From contig CALKHV010000032.1 of assembly GCA_937988865.1 (NCBI GenBank), forward strand, positions 2,201-26,200: a DNA stretch of 24,000 nt, read 5' to 3'. The notes below the pieces were generated by a model. It saw only the letters and a list, made by a program, of their open reading frames with translations. It was not told the origin of the DNA and made no database searches. Within the stretch, counting starts at the first letter, position 1. Each line of letters begins with the position of its first letter. The position numbers were made by a program, and so were the translations under genes. The DNA is from an uncultured Propionibacteriaceae bacterium. Its GTDB lineage: Bacteria; Actinomycetota; Actinomycetes; Propionibacteriales; Propionibacteriaceae. Shown here one piece after another: positions 7,824 through 16,417 of this stretch.

Positions 7824-7847
7824 TGCGTCTCATGGCACCATGGACGC

Positions 7848-8324
7848 ATGGAGCCCACCCTCGACCACGTCCTCGCCACGATCGACGCCCTGGTCGCATC
7901 CACCTGGCCCACCACCGAGGCCGAGCGCATCGCCTGGTTCACCGAGCACAACCTGCACCCCACCCGCGCGCTGGGTGACGACCCTGAATGGGGCACGGCC
8001 GTGCCCGGCTGGGGCGATGCGGCGATCACCTGGTCGAGCTTCGAGGACGAGTTCGTCGACGTCGGCTGGTTCCTGCACCCCGGCGCCGGCGAAGAGGTCC
8101 TCACGGCCGAGTTCGCGCAGCTCGCCACCGGGCTTGCCGAACGGTTCGGTGATCCGGTCGAGTACTCCGACCCCGACGAGCCGCTCGGCGGCGTGTGGCA
8201 GGACGGCGTCCATTCGATCCAGCTCTACGCCCACACCGAAGAGGGCGACTGCCTGCAGATCCACGTCGGCCTGACCGAACGTGAAGAGGCCCAGGCGATC
8301 GCGTCCGGGGAGTTCGGGGTCTGA
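7848..8324 (+). CDS. Hypothetical acidic, Trp-rich 158-aa protein; probably the last gene of the module-2 operon
   Basis: ATG lies 24 nt after the transglutaminase stop on the same strand. Third codon positions are strongly GC-rich in this frame. The overlapping alternative frame (7840..8274) gives Pro/Ser/Thr/Arg-rich nonsense. I recognise no family. Confidence 0.6.
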   Translation: MEPTLDHVLATIDALVASTWPTTEAERIAWFTEHNLHPTRALGDDPEWGTAVPGWGDAAITWSSFEDEFVDVGWFLHPGAGEEVLTAEFAQLATGLAERFGDPVEYSDPDEPLGGVWQDGVHSIQLYAHTEEGDCLQIHVGLTEREEAQAIASGEFGV

Positions 8325-8327
8325 GCT

Positions 8328-9191
8328 TCAGTCCACGATGAGCGGCTCCATGGCCGCTCGCGTCTCGTCGGGCAGCGCCATCGGACGTCCGCCGGGGTCG
8401 GCACACACCAGCACGGTCCTTGCTCGCGCCATGACCTTTCCACCGGCCAGCGGATCGGTGATCTCGCAGGCGATGACGGCCGACGAACTCCCCAGCCCCA
8501 CAGGTGCGGTCACGACGTCGTACGGCTCCAGCCTGTAGTCCATCTGGACGAGGTAGTCGACGTCCTGGCGGGCCACGAGCCACATGTACCGGGGTGCGTC
8601 CGAGGTCATGCCGAGTCGGGCCGTGGCCGGGTCGGCCTCGGTCGTCATGGCGATCCGGGCTTCCTGCACGTAGTCGAAGTAGCGGACGTTGTTGACATGG
8701 CCGTAGGAGTCGAGGTCGCTCCAGCGCACCTGCAGCGGGTGATGATGTCCGCGTCCTGACAGTGCCGGAGCCTCCAGCGGACGCATCGCCGGCAGGTCAC
8801 GCTGCACCGACATGAAGTGGTCGCGCTCCGACCGCGTCATGCGCCTCGGCGTCCCCGCGGTGAAGTCGAACGGGCACAGGATGGTCGTCGCACGGGCGCA
8901 CAACTCACCGTCGTGACGCAGCTCGTAACCGATGACGAACCGTGCCGCCCCGACCTCGGCCACCGCCAACTCGATCTCCATGGGCCGGTCGGAGTACGAG
9001 ATCGGACGCAGGTACTCGATCTGGTGGCCCACCACGACGACCCCACCCCCAAGCATGTGGTGGTTGGGGCCGTCCAGCAGGAATTGCGCGCGCGCCTCCT
9101 GCAGGTAGTCGACGTAGAGGGCGTTGTTGACGTGCCCCTGTGCGTCCATGTCGCCCCATCGGATCGGGGCGGTGAAGGTGTTCCTGGTCAC
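8328..9191 (-). CDS. Tandem (double) hotdog-fold acyl-CoA thioesterase, 4HBT/YbgC-like
   Basis: 287 aa with two internal repeats. Each repeat carries the 4HBT-type signature: RWGDMDAQGHVNNALYVDYLQEAR (aa 11-34) and RWSDLDSYGHVNNVRYFDYVQEAR (aa 156-179). The GTG start overlaps the fadD stop (GTGA, 9188-9191). Confidence 0.85.
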   Translation of the reverse strand: MTRNTFTAPIRWGDMDAQGHVNNALYVDYLQEARAQFLLDGPNHHMLGGGVVVVGHQIEYLRPISYSDRPMEIELAVAEVGAARFVIGYELRHDGELCARATTILCPFDFTAGTPRRMTRSERDHFMSVQRDLPAMRPLEAPALSGRGHHHPLQVRWSDLDSYGHVNNVRYFDYVQEARIAMTTEADPATARLGMTSDAPRYMWLVARQDVDYLVQMDYRLEPYDVVTAPVGLGSSSAVIACEITDPLAGGKVMARARTVLVCADPGGRPMALPDETRAAMEPLIVD

Positions 9192-11038
9192 TCGGACGCT
9201 TCGTCGTCGTACAGGGAGTCGACCGCGTCGGCGTAGGTCGCGGCGATGACGTTGCGACGCACCTTCATGTTGGGAGTCACCCCACCCTCATCGACGGTCA
9301 GCTCGTGGTCGAGGATGGCGAACCGCTTGACCGTCTCCCAGCGCTCGAGGTGGCTGTTGGCGCGGTCCATGAAACGTCCGATGGACGCGTGGATCTCGGG
9401 CAGCTGCGTCAGCTCCGCATAGCTGAGGTCTTTGTGGCCACGACGTTCGGCCCACTTCTCCAGGCTCACGGGGTCGAGCGTGACGAGGGCGACGATGTAC
9501 TTGCGTCCCTCGCCCAGTGCGACGGCCTGACTCACGTACGGGATGTTGGCCGAGATCGCCGATTCGACCTTCTGCGGGGCGACGTACTTGCCGCCCGAGG
9601 TCTTCATGAGGTCCTTCTTGCGGTCGGTGATCGTCAGGTAGCCGTCGGCGTCGAGGGACCCGATGTCGCCGGTGTGGAACCACCCGTCGGTGTAGGACTC
9701 GGCGTTCGCCTCGGGCGAGTTGTGGTAGCCGACTGTGATGGTCGGCCCCTTGAGGAGCAGTTCGCCGTCCTCGGCGATCTTCGCCTCGATGCCCGGAATG
9801 ACCGGTCCGACGGTGCCGAAGCGCGGCTTGGTCGGGACGTTGACGAAGGCGACGGCGGAGGTCTCGGTCATGCCGTACCCCTCCACGACGATGATCCCGG
9901 CCGAGTAGAACCACTCCTGAACCTGGCTCGACAACTTGGCCGAACCGGAGATGAAGAACTTGATGTTGCCGCCCATCTTCTCCTTGAGCTTGGAGAAGAC
10001 GATCTTGTCGGCGACCTTGTAGCGGGCGGCGAGGCTGCGGGGCATGGGTTGGCCGGCGAGGCGGTAGCTGCGGGACTCGCGTCCGACCGCGAACGCCCAA
10101 CGGGTGAGGCGACCCTTGATGCCGTCACGCGGAGCCGATGTCATCACGGCGTTGCGGACCTTCTCGAAGATGCGTGGCGCGCCACACATGAAGGTGGGGT
10201 GCACTTCTCCGAGGCCGGCCATGATGCGGTCCAGGCGTCCATCGACGGCGGTCGCGAAGCCGATGGCGATCTGGATCGAGACAAGGCACTTGCCGAAGAC
10301 GTGCGACAGCGGGAGCCACAGGTACTGCACGTCATCGAGTTCCAGGATGTCCAGCGCGTCGATGGCGACGCCCTCGTATGCCCAGGCCTCGTGGGTGAGT
10401 TCGACCCCCTTCGGACGTCCGGTGGTGCCCGAGGTGTAGATCAGGGTGCTGAGGTGGTCGCGCGTCGTTGCGTCGATGGCCTGCTCGACCGAGTCGGGAT
10501 GTTCCGCGAGGTGGGCGCGTCCGAGGGCCACGAACTCCGACCAGGTCAGGACGCGGGGATCAGGGTGATCACCCCTGCGGTCGTCGTCGATCAGGATGAT
10601 GTGGTGAATCTGGTCGTCGAGTTCGGACGCCGACTGCACCTTCGCCGCCTGAGCGCTGTTCTCGGCGACGAAGACGACGGACGCCGAGTCCTGCAGGATG
10701 TACACGACGTCGTCGACCTGGGTGTTGGGGTACACCGTGGTGGTGGCCCCGCCTGCGCAGGCGATCCCGAGGTCGGCGAGGATCCACTCCATCCTCGTGC
10801 TGGACGCGATGGCCACCCGTTGCTCGAGGGCCAGCCCGAGCGCGACGAAGCCGGCGGCGCACTCGTGGACCGCGGTCTGGGCCTGCGTCCACGTCATGGG
10901 CGTCCACGTGTTGGGGCCGTCGACGCGGTCGGGCACGAGGTAGGCAGTGGCGTGGGGAGTCAGGTGGACGCGACGTCGGAGCATGTCTCCGATGTTGTTG
11001 GCGCTCTGCGCCAGGATCTCAGCCTGTGTGGTGGCCAT
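9188..11038 (-). CDS. fadD: Long-chain fatty-acid--CoA ligase (AMP-forming acyl-CoA synthetase, FadD15-like size class)
   Basis: ATG at 11038 (MATTQAEIL...) is preceded by GAGGAG. AMP-binding motifs are present: LIYTSGTTGRPKGV, EGYGMTE, TGDIG, DRKKDLMKTSGGKYVAPQ. The ORF-track start at 11065 is 9 codons further upstream and lacks an SD. Confidence 0.9.
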   Translation of the reverse strand: MATTQAEILAQSANNIGDMLRRRVHLTPHATAYLVPDRVDGPNTWTPMTWTQAQTAVHECAAGFVALGLALEQRVAIASSTRMEWILADLGIACAGGATTTVYPNTQVDDVVYILQDSASVVFVAENSAQAAKVQSASELDDQIHHIILIDDDRRGDHPDPRVLTWSEFVALGRAHLAEHPDSVEQAIDATTRDHLSTLIYTSGTTGRPKGVELTHEAWAYEGVAIDALDILELDDVQYLWLPLSHVFGKCLVSIQIAIGFATAVDGRLDRIMAGLGEVHPTFMCGAPRIFEKVRNAVMTSAPRDGIKGRLTRWAFAVGRESRSYRLAGQPMPRSLAARYKVADKIVFSKLKEKMGGNIKFFISGSAKLSSQVQEWFYSAGIIVVEGYGMTETSAVAFVNVPTKPRFGTVGPVIPGIEAKIAEDGELLLKGPTITVGYHNSPEANAESYTDGWFHTGDIGSLDADGYLTITDRKKDLMKTSGGKYVAPQKVESAISANIPYVSQAVALGEGRKYIVALVTLDPVSLEKWAERRGHKDLSYAELTQLPEIHASIGRFMDRANSHLERWETVKRFAILDHELTVDEGGVTPNMKVRRNVIAATYADAVDSLYDDEASE

Positions 11039-11174
11039 GGGGGTGCTCCTCTTGGTCGATTGCACAGTCTATCGGTGACGGGCGTCCGAGCCTGTGGATG
11101 AACCGGCCAAAGGGTGGCACGCCGACTGGTCGGGAACTGACACGAGGGCCCGCAAATCCAATAATGGCGGACGT

Positions 11175-11180
11175 TATGCT
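11175..11180 (+). promoter_or_regulatory. Candidate -10 hexamer TATGCT 9 nt upstream of the marR ATG (leaderless or near-leaderless)
   Basis: TATGCT matches TANNNT and sits in the AT-richer tract ...aatccaataatggcggacgttatgcttgaagcaccATG. No SD is present. Confidence 0.3.
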
Positions 11181-11189
11181 TGAAGCACC

Positions 11190-11690
11190 ATGGCCACGAC
11201 CTCTCTGCCCGTATTCCAGCCCGGTGATCCCGCGACCGAATCGACGGACGTGCCGTGGTTGTCTGACGAGCAGCAAAGGGTATGGCGCGCCTGGCTCCTC
11301 GGCGTGGCGCGGATCGACGACTACCTCGACCGCGACCTCCGCGGCCGCGGCCTCGACATGGGTGAGTACGAGATCCTCGTGTGCCTGTCTGAGGCTCCTG
11401 CGCGGAGCATGCGCATGTCTGAGCTCGCCGATCTCGTGCACCAGTCGCGTTCACGCCTGACCCACACGATCACGCGCATGGAGCGCGACGGCTACATCGC
11501 CCGGTGCTGCGCGCCCGATGATGGGCGCGGCGTCAATGCGAGTCTCACCGATGACGGGTTCGCCCTGCTCGAAGATGCAGCGCCCAGTCACGTCCGCGCT
11601 GTGCGCCGCATCTTTGTGGACGCGGTCGACCCGCGCGATTTCGCCGCCATCGGACGCGCCATGGAGGCCGTCCTCGCGGTGGCAGACTGA
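11190..11690 (+). CDS. MarR family transcriptional regulator
   Basis: 166 aa with a typical MarR winged-helix core (EYEILVCLSEAPARSMRMSELADLVHQSRSRLTHTITRMERDGYIAR...DGRGVNASLTDDG). It is divergent from fadD and lies 4 nt upstream of the next gene. Confidence 0.88.
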   Translation: MATTSLPVFQPGDPATESTDVPWLSDEQQRVWRAWLLGVARIDDYLDRDLRGRGLDMGEYEILVCLSEAPARSMRMSELADLVHQSRSRLTHTITRMERDGYIARCCAPDDGRGVNASLTDDGFALLEDAAPSHVRAVRRIFVDAVDPRDFAAIGRAMEAVLAVAD

Positions 11691-11694
11691 TCGG

Positions 11695-14499
11695 GTGGAC
11701 CCGCTCGAGAGCTTCCTGACCAGTCTGGATGACGCCTCGTGCGTCGATACGTCCTCCCTCGCCAAGGCGCTCTACTCGACGGATGCGTCGCTCTACCGGG
11801 TCGTGCCCCAGGTGGTCGCACGTCCCCGGACGCGCGAGGAACTCATCGTCGTGGCCCGCGCGGCGCTCGCGGCCGGGCTTCCGGTCACCACCCGTGGGGC
11901 CGGGACAAGTTGCGCGGGCAACGCAGTGGGCACCGGACTCGTCATCGACGTGGGACGCCACCTCACCTCCATCCTCGCTCTTGACGCGGACGCCCGCACC
12001 GCGACCGTCGAGCCGGGCGTCGTGCAGGCGTCCCTGCAGGCCGCAGCGAAGCCGTTCGGGCTGCGTTTCGGACCCGATCCCTCGACCCACACCCGATGCA
12101 CCATCGGGGGGATGATCGGCAACAACGCGTGCGGTCCCCGCGCCCTGGGCTACGGACGCACCTCCGACAATGTGATCGCCCTCGAGATCCTGACCGGAAC
12201 CGGTGAGCTCGTGACGCTGGGGGGCGCAGACCTCGCGTCCCCCCTGCCTGCCCTGCGTGACCTCGTCGGCGCCAACCTGGGGACCATCCGCACCGGCTTC
12301 GGACGCTTCGGACGCCAGGTGTCGGGCTACTCGATGGAGCACCTGCTGCCCGAGCGCGGGTTCGACGTCGCCCGCTTCTTCGCGGGCACCGAGGGGACGC
12401 TGGGCATCATCGTCCAGGCCACGGTCCGCCTCGTCGCCGACGCCCCGATCGCGCTGATGGTCGCGCTGGGGTACCCGACGATGGCCGACGCGGCCGACGC
12501 CATGCCTGTGATCCTTCCCTTCCGCCCCACCGCCGTCGAGGGCATGGACCGGCGCATCGTCGACGTGGTGGCGCGACGGCGCGGGGAGTCGTCCGTGCCA
12601 CCACTCCCCCGCGGCGACGGCTGGGTGTTCGTCGAGGTCGTCGGTGACGATCCCGATGAGGTGCGTGGACGCGCGGACGCGATGCTCGCTGCGTCCGGGG
12701 CCCTGGAGGGTTGGGTGGTGGACGATCCCGATCGCGCGAAGGTGCTGTGGAAGATCCGCGAGGACGGCGCCGGCCTCGCCGGTGTCAGCCTCGAGAACCC
12801 CGCTTATCCGGGCTGGGAGGATGCTGCTGTTCCCCCCGAGAGGCTCGGGGCCTACCTTCGCGAGTTCGACGCGTTGCTCGACCGGTACGGCCTGCAGGGG
12901 CTTCCTTACGGACATTTCGGCGACGGTTGCGTCCACTGCAGGATCGACTTCCCGCTCGAGCGCGCCGGCGGTACGAGCACCTATCGAGCCTTCGTCGAGG
13001 ACGCAGCCGCTCTCGTGGCGAGCCACGGCGGTTCGATGTCGGGCGAGCACGGCGATGGACGGGCACGCTCGGCACTCCTCCCCGCGATGTACTCCCCGGC
13101 CGCCCTGTCACTGTTCGGGCAGGTCAAGTCGCTGTTCGACCCGTCCAACCTCCTGAATCCGGGCGTTCTCGTCGATCCACGACCGGTGGACGCCGACGTC
13201 CGCGTGGCCGCCACCATCGGATCGCCCCTGCGCACCAGCCATCCCGAGTTCGTGCGCGAGGTGCACCAGTGTTCGGGTGTCGGCAAGTGCCTCGCCGACT
13301 CGACCTCCGGTGGCGGAGTGATGTGTCCCAGCTTCCAGGCGACGCGGGACGAGAAGGACTCGACCCGCGGACGCGCGCGCGTCCTGCAGGAGATGGTGAA
13401 CGGCTCGCTCATCACCCAGGGATGGCGCTCCCCCGAGGTGCGCGAGGCCCTCGACCTCTGCCTGTCGTGCAAGGGCTGCTCACGTGACTGCCCGACCGGG
13501 GTCGACATGGCCGCCTACAAGTCGCGCGTCCTCTACGAGAGCCTGAAGGGTCGCGTACGTCCGGCGTCCCATTACGCCATGGGTTGGCTGCCACGCTGGG
13601 GACGCATGGTCGCGTCCGTGCCGGGGCTCGGCGCCGTGGCCAATCTGGGGACGCAGACACCCGGCCTGAAGCACGCCATCCGCTGGGCGGCCGGGGTCGA
13701 CCAGCGACGTCCGATGCCGAAGTTCAGACCGTTCGGTTCGGCCGCCCGTGACTACCGTCGCGGCGCGGACGCCGAGGTGGAGGTCGACGGGACGCGTCCG
13801 CCGGTCGCGATCTGGGTCGACTCGTTCACGCACGCCTTCGAGGGCGCCCAACTCCCGGCGCTGGTGTGGGCCCTGGCCGACGGCGGGTTCGAGCCCTTCG
13901 TCATCGAGGACACGGCGTGCTGTGGTCTCACCTGGATCACCACCGGCCAACTCGACGGTGCGCGAAGGCAACTCCAGGGTGCTGTGGAGGTTCTCGGCCC
14001 GATCGCCGAGGCGGGTATCCCGATCGTCGGCATGGAACCCAGTTGTCTGGCGGTGTGGCGCAGTGACGCCGCCGACCTGCTCCCGGACGAACCACGGGTC
14101 GCCACGATCGCCTCGGCCATCCGCACCCTGGCAGAACTTCTGGGCACGGTCGAGGAGTGGGACGCGCCCGACCTGACCGGACACACGATCATCGCCCAAC
14201 CCCATTGCCACCATGCGTCCGTGCTGGGATGGGCGGCCGACGCTGCCCTGTTGGCGCGCACGGGCGCTGAGGTCATCACACTCGGAGGGTGTTGCGGTCT
14301 CGCCGGGAACTTCGGGGTCGAGCGCGGGCACTACGAAGTGAGCGTCAAAGTGGCCGAGCACGACCTCCTGCCGGCCCTGCACGCCCACCCGGACGCGATC
14401 GTGCTGGCGGACGGATTCAGCTGCCGCAAGCAGGTCTCAGACCTCGAGGCCCGCGATTCGATGACGCTCGCCCAACTCCTGGCCGCCCACGGACGCTGA
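11695..14499 (+). CDS. FAD-binding oxidase fused to a 4Fe-4S dicluster and two CCG (cysteine-rich) domains; YdiJ / GlcD-GlcF fusion type 2-hydroxyacid dehydrogenase
   Basis: GTG at 11695 is the first start after the marR stop; the ORF-track start at 11518 would overlap marR by about 170 nt. N-terminal FAD_binding_4-like region (VTTRGAGTSCAGNAVG). Fe-S motifs: CSGVGKCLADSTSGGGVMCPS and CLSCKGCSRDCPTGVDM. Two CCG motifs: TACCGLTW and GGCCGLAGNFG. 934 aa. Confidence 0.85.
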   Translation: MDPLESFLTSLDDASCVDTSSLAKALYSTDASLYRVVPQVVARPRTREELIVVARAALAAGLPVTTRGAGTSCAGNAVGTGLVIDVGRHLTSILALDADARTATVEPGVVQASLQAAAKPFGLRFGPDPSTHTRCTIGGMIGNNACGPRALGYGRTSDNVIALEILTGTGELVTLGGADLASPLPALRDLVGANLGTIRTGFGRFGRQVSGYSMEHLLPERGFDVARFFAGTEGTLGIIVQATVRLVADAPIALMVALGYPTMADAADAMPVILPFRPTAVEGMDRRIVDVVARRRGESSVPPLPRGDGWVFVEVVGDDPDEVRGRADAMLAASGALEGWVVDDPDRAKVLWKIREDGAGLAGVSLENPAYPGWEDAAVPPERLGAYLREFDALLDRYGLQGLPYGHFGDGCVHCRIDFPLERAGGTSTYRAFVEDAAALVASHGGSMSGEHGDGRARSALLPAMYSPAALSLFGQVKSLFDPSNLLNPGVLVDPRPVDADVRVAATIGSPLRTSHPEFVREVHQCSGVGKCLADSTSGGGVMCPSFQATRDEKDSTRGRARVLQEMVNGSLITQGWRSPEVREALDLCLSCKGCSRDCPTGVDMAAYKSRVLYESLKGRVRPASHYAMGWLPRWGRMVASVPGLGAVANLGTQTPGLKHAIRWAAGVDQRRPMPKFRPFGSAARDYRRGADAEVEVDGTRPPVAIWVDSFTHAFEGAQLPALVWALADGGFEPFVIEDTACCGLTWITTGQLDGARRQLQGAVEVLGPIAEAGIPIVGMEPSCLAVWRSDAADLLPDEPRVATIASAIRTLAELLGTVEEWDAPDLTGHTIIAQPHCHHASVLGWAADAALLARTGAEVITLGGCCGLAGNFGVERGHYEVSVKVAEHDLLPALHAHPDAIVLADGFSCRKQVSDLEARDSMTLAQLLAAHGR

Positions 14500-15570
14500 T
14501 CAGCCGGTCAGGGAGGACGGCGACGCCGACCGCGCCTTCCTGACCACAGCGACGGACTGGATGGTCGCTGCCACCAGCGGCGGCGCAAGGACCATGCCGA
14601 TGAGACCCGCGACGGTGCCGCCGATCAGCGTGGCGAGCAGCACGACCACGGGGTGGATGCGCAGCGCTGAGCCGAGCGCCCAGGAACTGACCGCGCTCTG
14701 GATGGTGCCGTTGGAGATGACGAACACGACGGCGATGATCGCTGCGGTGCTTGCTCCGCCCGAGCCGAAGGCGATCAGAACCGCGAACGCGCCCGTGATC
14801 CAGGCGCCGAGGAACGGGATGAACGACAGCACGAAGTACAGGATGAAGATCGAGCCGGCCAACGGCACCCTCAGCAGCAGCAGCGGCACCATGAGGATGG
14901 GCGCGGTCACCAGGGTGGTGATCGAAACGCCCTTGAAGTAGCCGCGCAGCGACGTCTGCACGACACTGGCGACGTCTTCGGTGAGCTCCGCGTCCCACGA
15001 GGCGATCCGCGCCAGCCAGCCAGGAAAGTTGCGTCCGTCCCGGAGCACGAAGAAGAGGAAGAAGACCGAGAAGAAGGTGCCCATCCCGAACGCCAACGCG
15101 CCCGAGAAGGTACCGGACGCCAGGCCGACCAACCCCTGGGCGACGCGCGGGGCGTACTGCTCGACGTTCCCCCTCATGCGCTCGAGGAGCAGCGGGTCCA
15201 GGTCGAGCGTGCGTCCCCAGGCCACCAACGAGTCCCAGCCCGCCCACAACTGACGGTAGATCTGGGGCAACTCACTCAGGAAACCACGGACCACGACAGC
15301 GACCATCAACGCAGCGAGCGCGATCGCCACCAGCAGACCCACCACAGTGGCGAGGAGCCTGCTGAGGCCCCAGCCCTCGAGTCGAAGGACGAGGGGCTCC
15401 AGGACCACCCCCAGGATGACGGCGATGACCAACGGCACGACGATCCCGCTGATGGCTCCCAGTGCCGTCGACAGGATCACGAGCAGGGCCAGGACGCCGA
15501 TGGACGCCCAGCTTGCCCTCCCCATCCGGAGGAGACGAGCCGTCCGGTCCCGCTGGGGGGTGTCACTCAC
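14500..15570 (-). CDS. AI-2E family (PerM/YhhT-like) membrane transporter
   Basis: Polytopic hydrophobic protein with AI-2E-like segments (FFLFFVLRDG, SFIPFLGAWITGA). The start is uncertain. GTG at 15570 has GAGGA 4 nt upstream. The ORF-track GTG at 15654 and the ATG at 15525 both lack an SD. Its stop directly abuts the stop of the convergent oxidoreductase gene. Confidence 0.8.
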   Translation of the reverse strand: MSDTPQRDRTARLLRMGRASWASIGVLALLVILSTALGAISGIVVPLVIAVILGVVLEPLVLRLEGWGLSRLLATVVGLLVAIALAALMVAVVVRGFLSELPQIYRQLWAGWDSLVAWGRTLDLDPLLLERMRGNVEQYAPRVAQGLVGLASGTFSGALAFGMGTFFSVFFLFFVLRDGRNFPGWLARIASWDAELTEDVASVVQTSLRGYFKGVSITTLVTAPILMVPLLLLRVPLAGSIFILYFVLSFIPFLGAWITGAFAVLIAFGSGGASTAAIIAVVFVISNGTIQSAVSSWALGSALRIHPVVVLLATLIGGTVAGLIGMVLAPPLVAATIQSVAVVRKARSASPSSLTG

Positions 15571-15680
15571 GATGTCCTCGATTCGCCTGTGCGGCCCCGC
15601 TGCCGATGGGGAGGCGACAACAGTCCCGAGAGGGCCCCACCTGTGGGCGAACACTAGCAGTCGCGCCAGCGCGACCAGTG

Positions 15681-16409
15681 CTACCGAACCCGGCGCACTG
15701 AAGACTGGAGGCTGAGGTCGTTCCAGCGTCCCGGGTCGTCGAGCGTCGCCATGCCCACCTCGACGCCACCCCGACCCACGGACGCGACGCTGACGAGCAG
15801 CGACAGCGTCGGGTAGCCGTGGACGCGGTTGTCGCGGATGATGGCGCGATCATCAAGGGGACCCACCCCGGTGGACGCCGCCAGGACCGCCAGCCAGGCA
15901 TCCCACCACCGGCCATCCGGGCCGGGGGTGGTGGGGGCGGACGCGAAGGCGTCGAGCCAGGCCGCGACGCGCGCAGTCGCCGGGTCGTCCACGTCGTCGT
16001 GCGCGATCATGTGCGTCCCGGGGGCCAGGTCGACGACCCGTGGGGCGCCGCCCTCCCATGACGTGACGCGGACGCCGTCGGCGGTGACCTGCACGAGGTT
16101 GAAACCCAGTGTGGTCAGCGGATCAGGAAGGGCCCGCCCGGCGAGGGCGTCCAGGACGAGGGAACCGCGTGAGGTCACATCAGGCCCTTCAGCGCCACCG
16201 GCGCGGTTGAGCAGCACTGCCAGATTCGAGTCGTCGACGGCGAGCCAGGCGCCACCCGCGAGCTCGTCCAGAACCCCGCGGACCGCCGGCCGATCCGGCC
16301 ACCAGGCGCCCAACGAACGCCACGGACGCTGCGGGTCCTCGTCGCGTACGGCCAACACCCTGACGGGGCCGGCGCCCGGCTCCGGGACGCGGATCACGAC
16401 GGTGCACAT
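15681..16409 (-). CDS. NRDE / TANGO2-family protein (DUF833)
   Basis: 242 aa. N-terminal Met-Cys (MCTVVIRV...). Degenerate NRDE motif (LAVRDED). GGAWLAV and TSRGSLV motifs in the family-typical order. Confidence 0.75.
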   Translation of the reverse strand: MCTVVIRVPEPGAGPVRVLAVRDEDPQRPWRSLGAWWPDRPAVRGVLDELAGGAWLAVDDSNLAVLLNRAGGAEGPDVTSRGSLVLDALAGRALPDPLTTLGFNLVQVTADGVRVTSWEGGAPRVVDLAPGTHMIAHDDVDDPATARVAAWLDAFASAPTTPGPDGRWWDAWLAVLAASTGVGPLDDRAIIRDNRVHGYPTLSLLVSVASVGRGGVEVGMATLDDPGRWNDLSLQSSVRRVR

Positions 16410-16417
16410 GATCAGGA

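Noticed and set aside
9305-11101. 598-aa plus-strand ORF antisense to the fadD gene
   Set aside because: The product is low-complexity and rich in Arg/Gly/Val/Asp/His. It lies entirely opposite a gene with unmistakable AMP-binding motifs. Long stop-free antisense frames are expected in DNA this GC-rich.
11545-13050. 501-aa minus-strand ORF antisense to the FAD/Fe-S oxidoreductase (and similar ORFs at 13480..14388 and 12981..13508)
   Set aside because: The products are Arg/Gly/Pro/Ala-rich with no motifs. The plus-strand frame carries FAD, Fe-S and CCG signatures.
15660-15675. Small hairpin GTCGCG-ccag-CGCGAC just downstream of the NRDE stop; considered as an intrinsic terminator
   Set aside because: The stem is only 6 bp and there is no clear U-tract. 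It may also lie inside the AI-2E gene if GTG 15654 is the real start. The evidence is insufficient.
15681-16409. NRDE/TANGO2 protein (N-terminal Cys, Ntn-hydrolase-like) as the missing proteasome-like (Anbu-equivalent) partner of the ATP-grasp/alpha-E/transglutaminase system
   Set aside because: It lies about 8 kb and seven unrelated genes away from the modules, in a separate divergon with coaBC. Nothing in the sequence links them.
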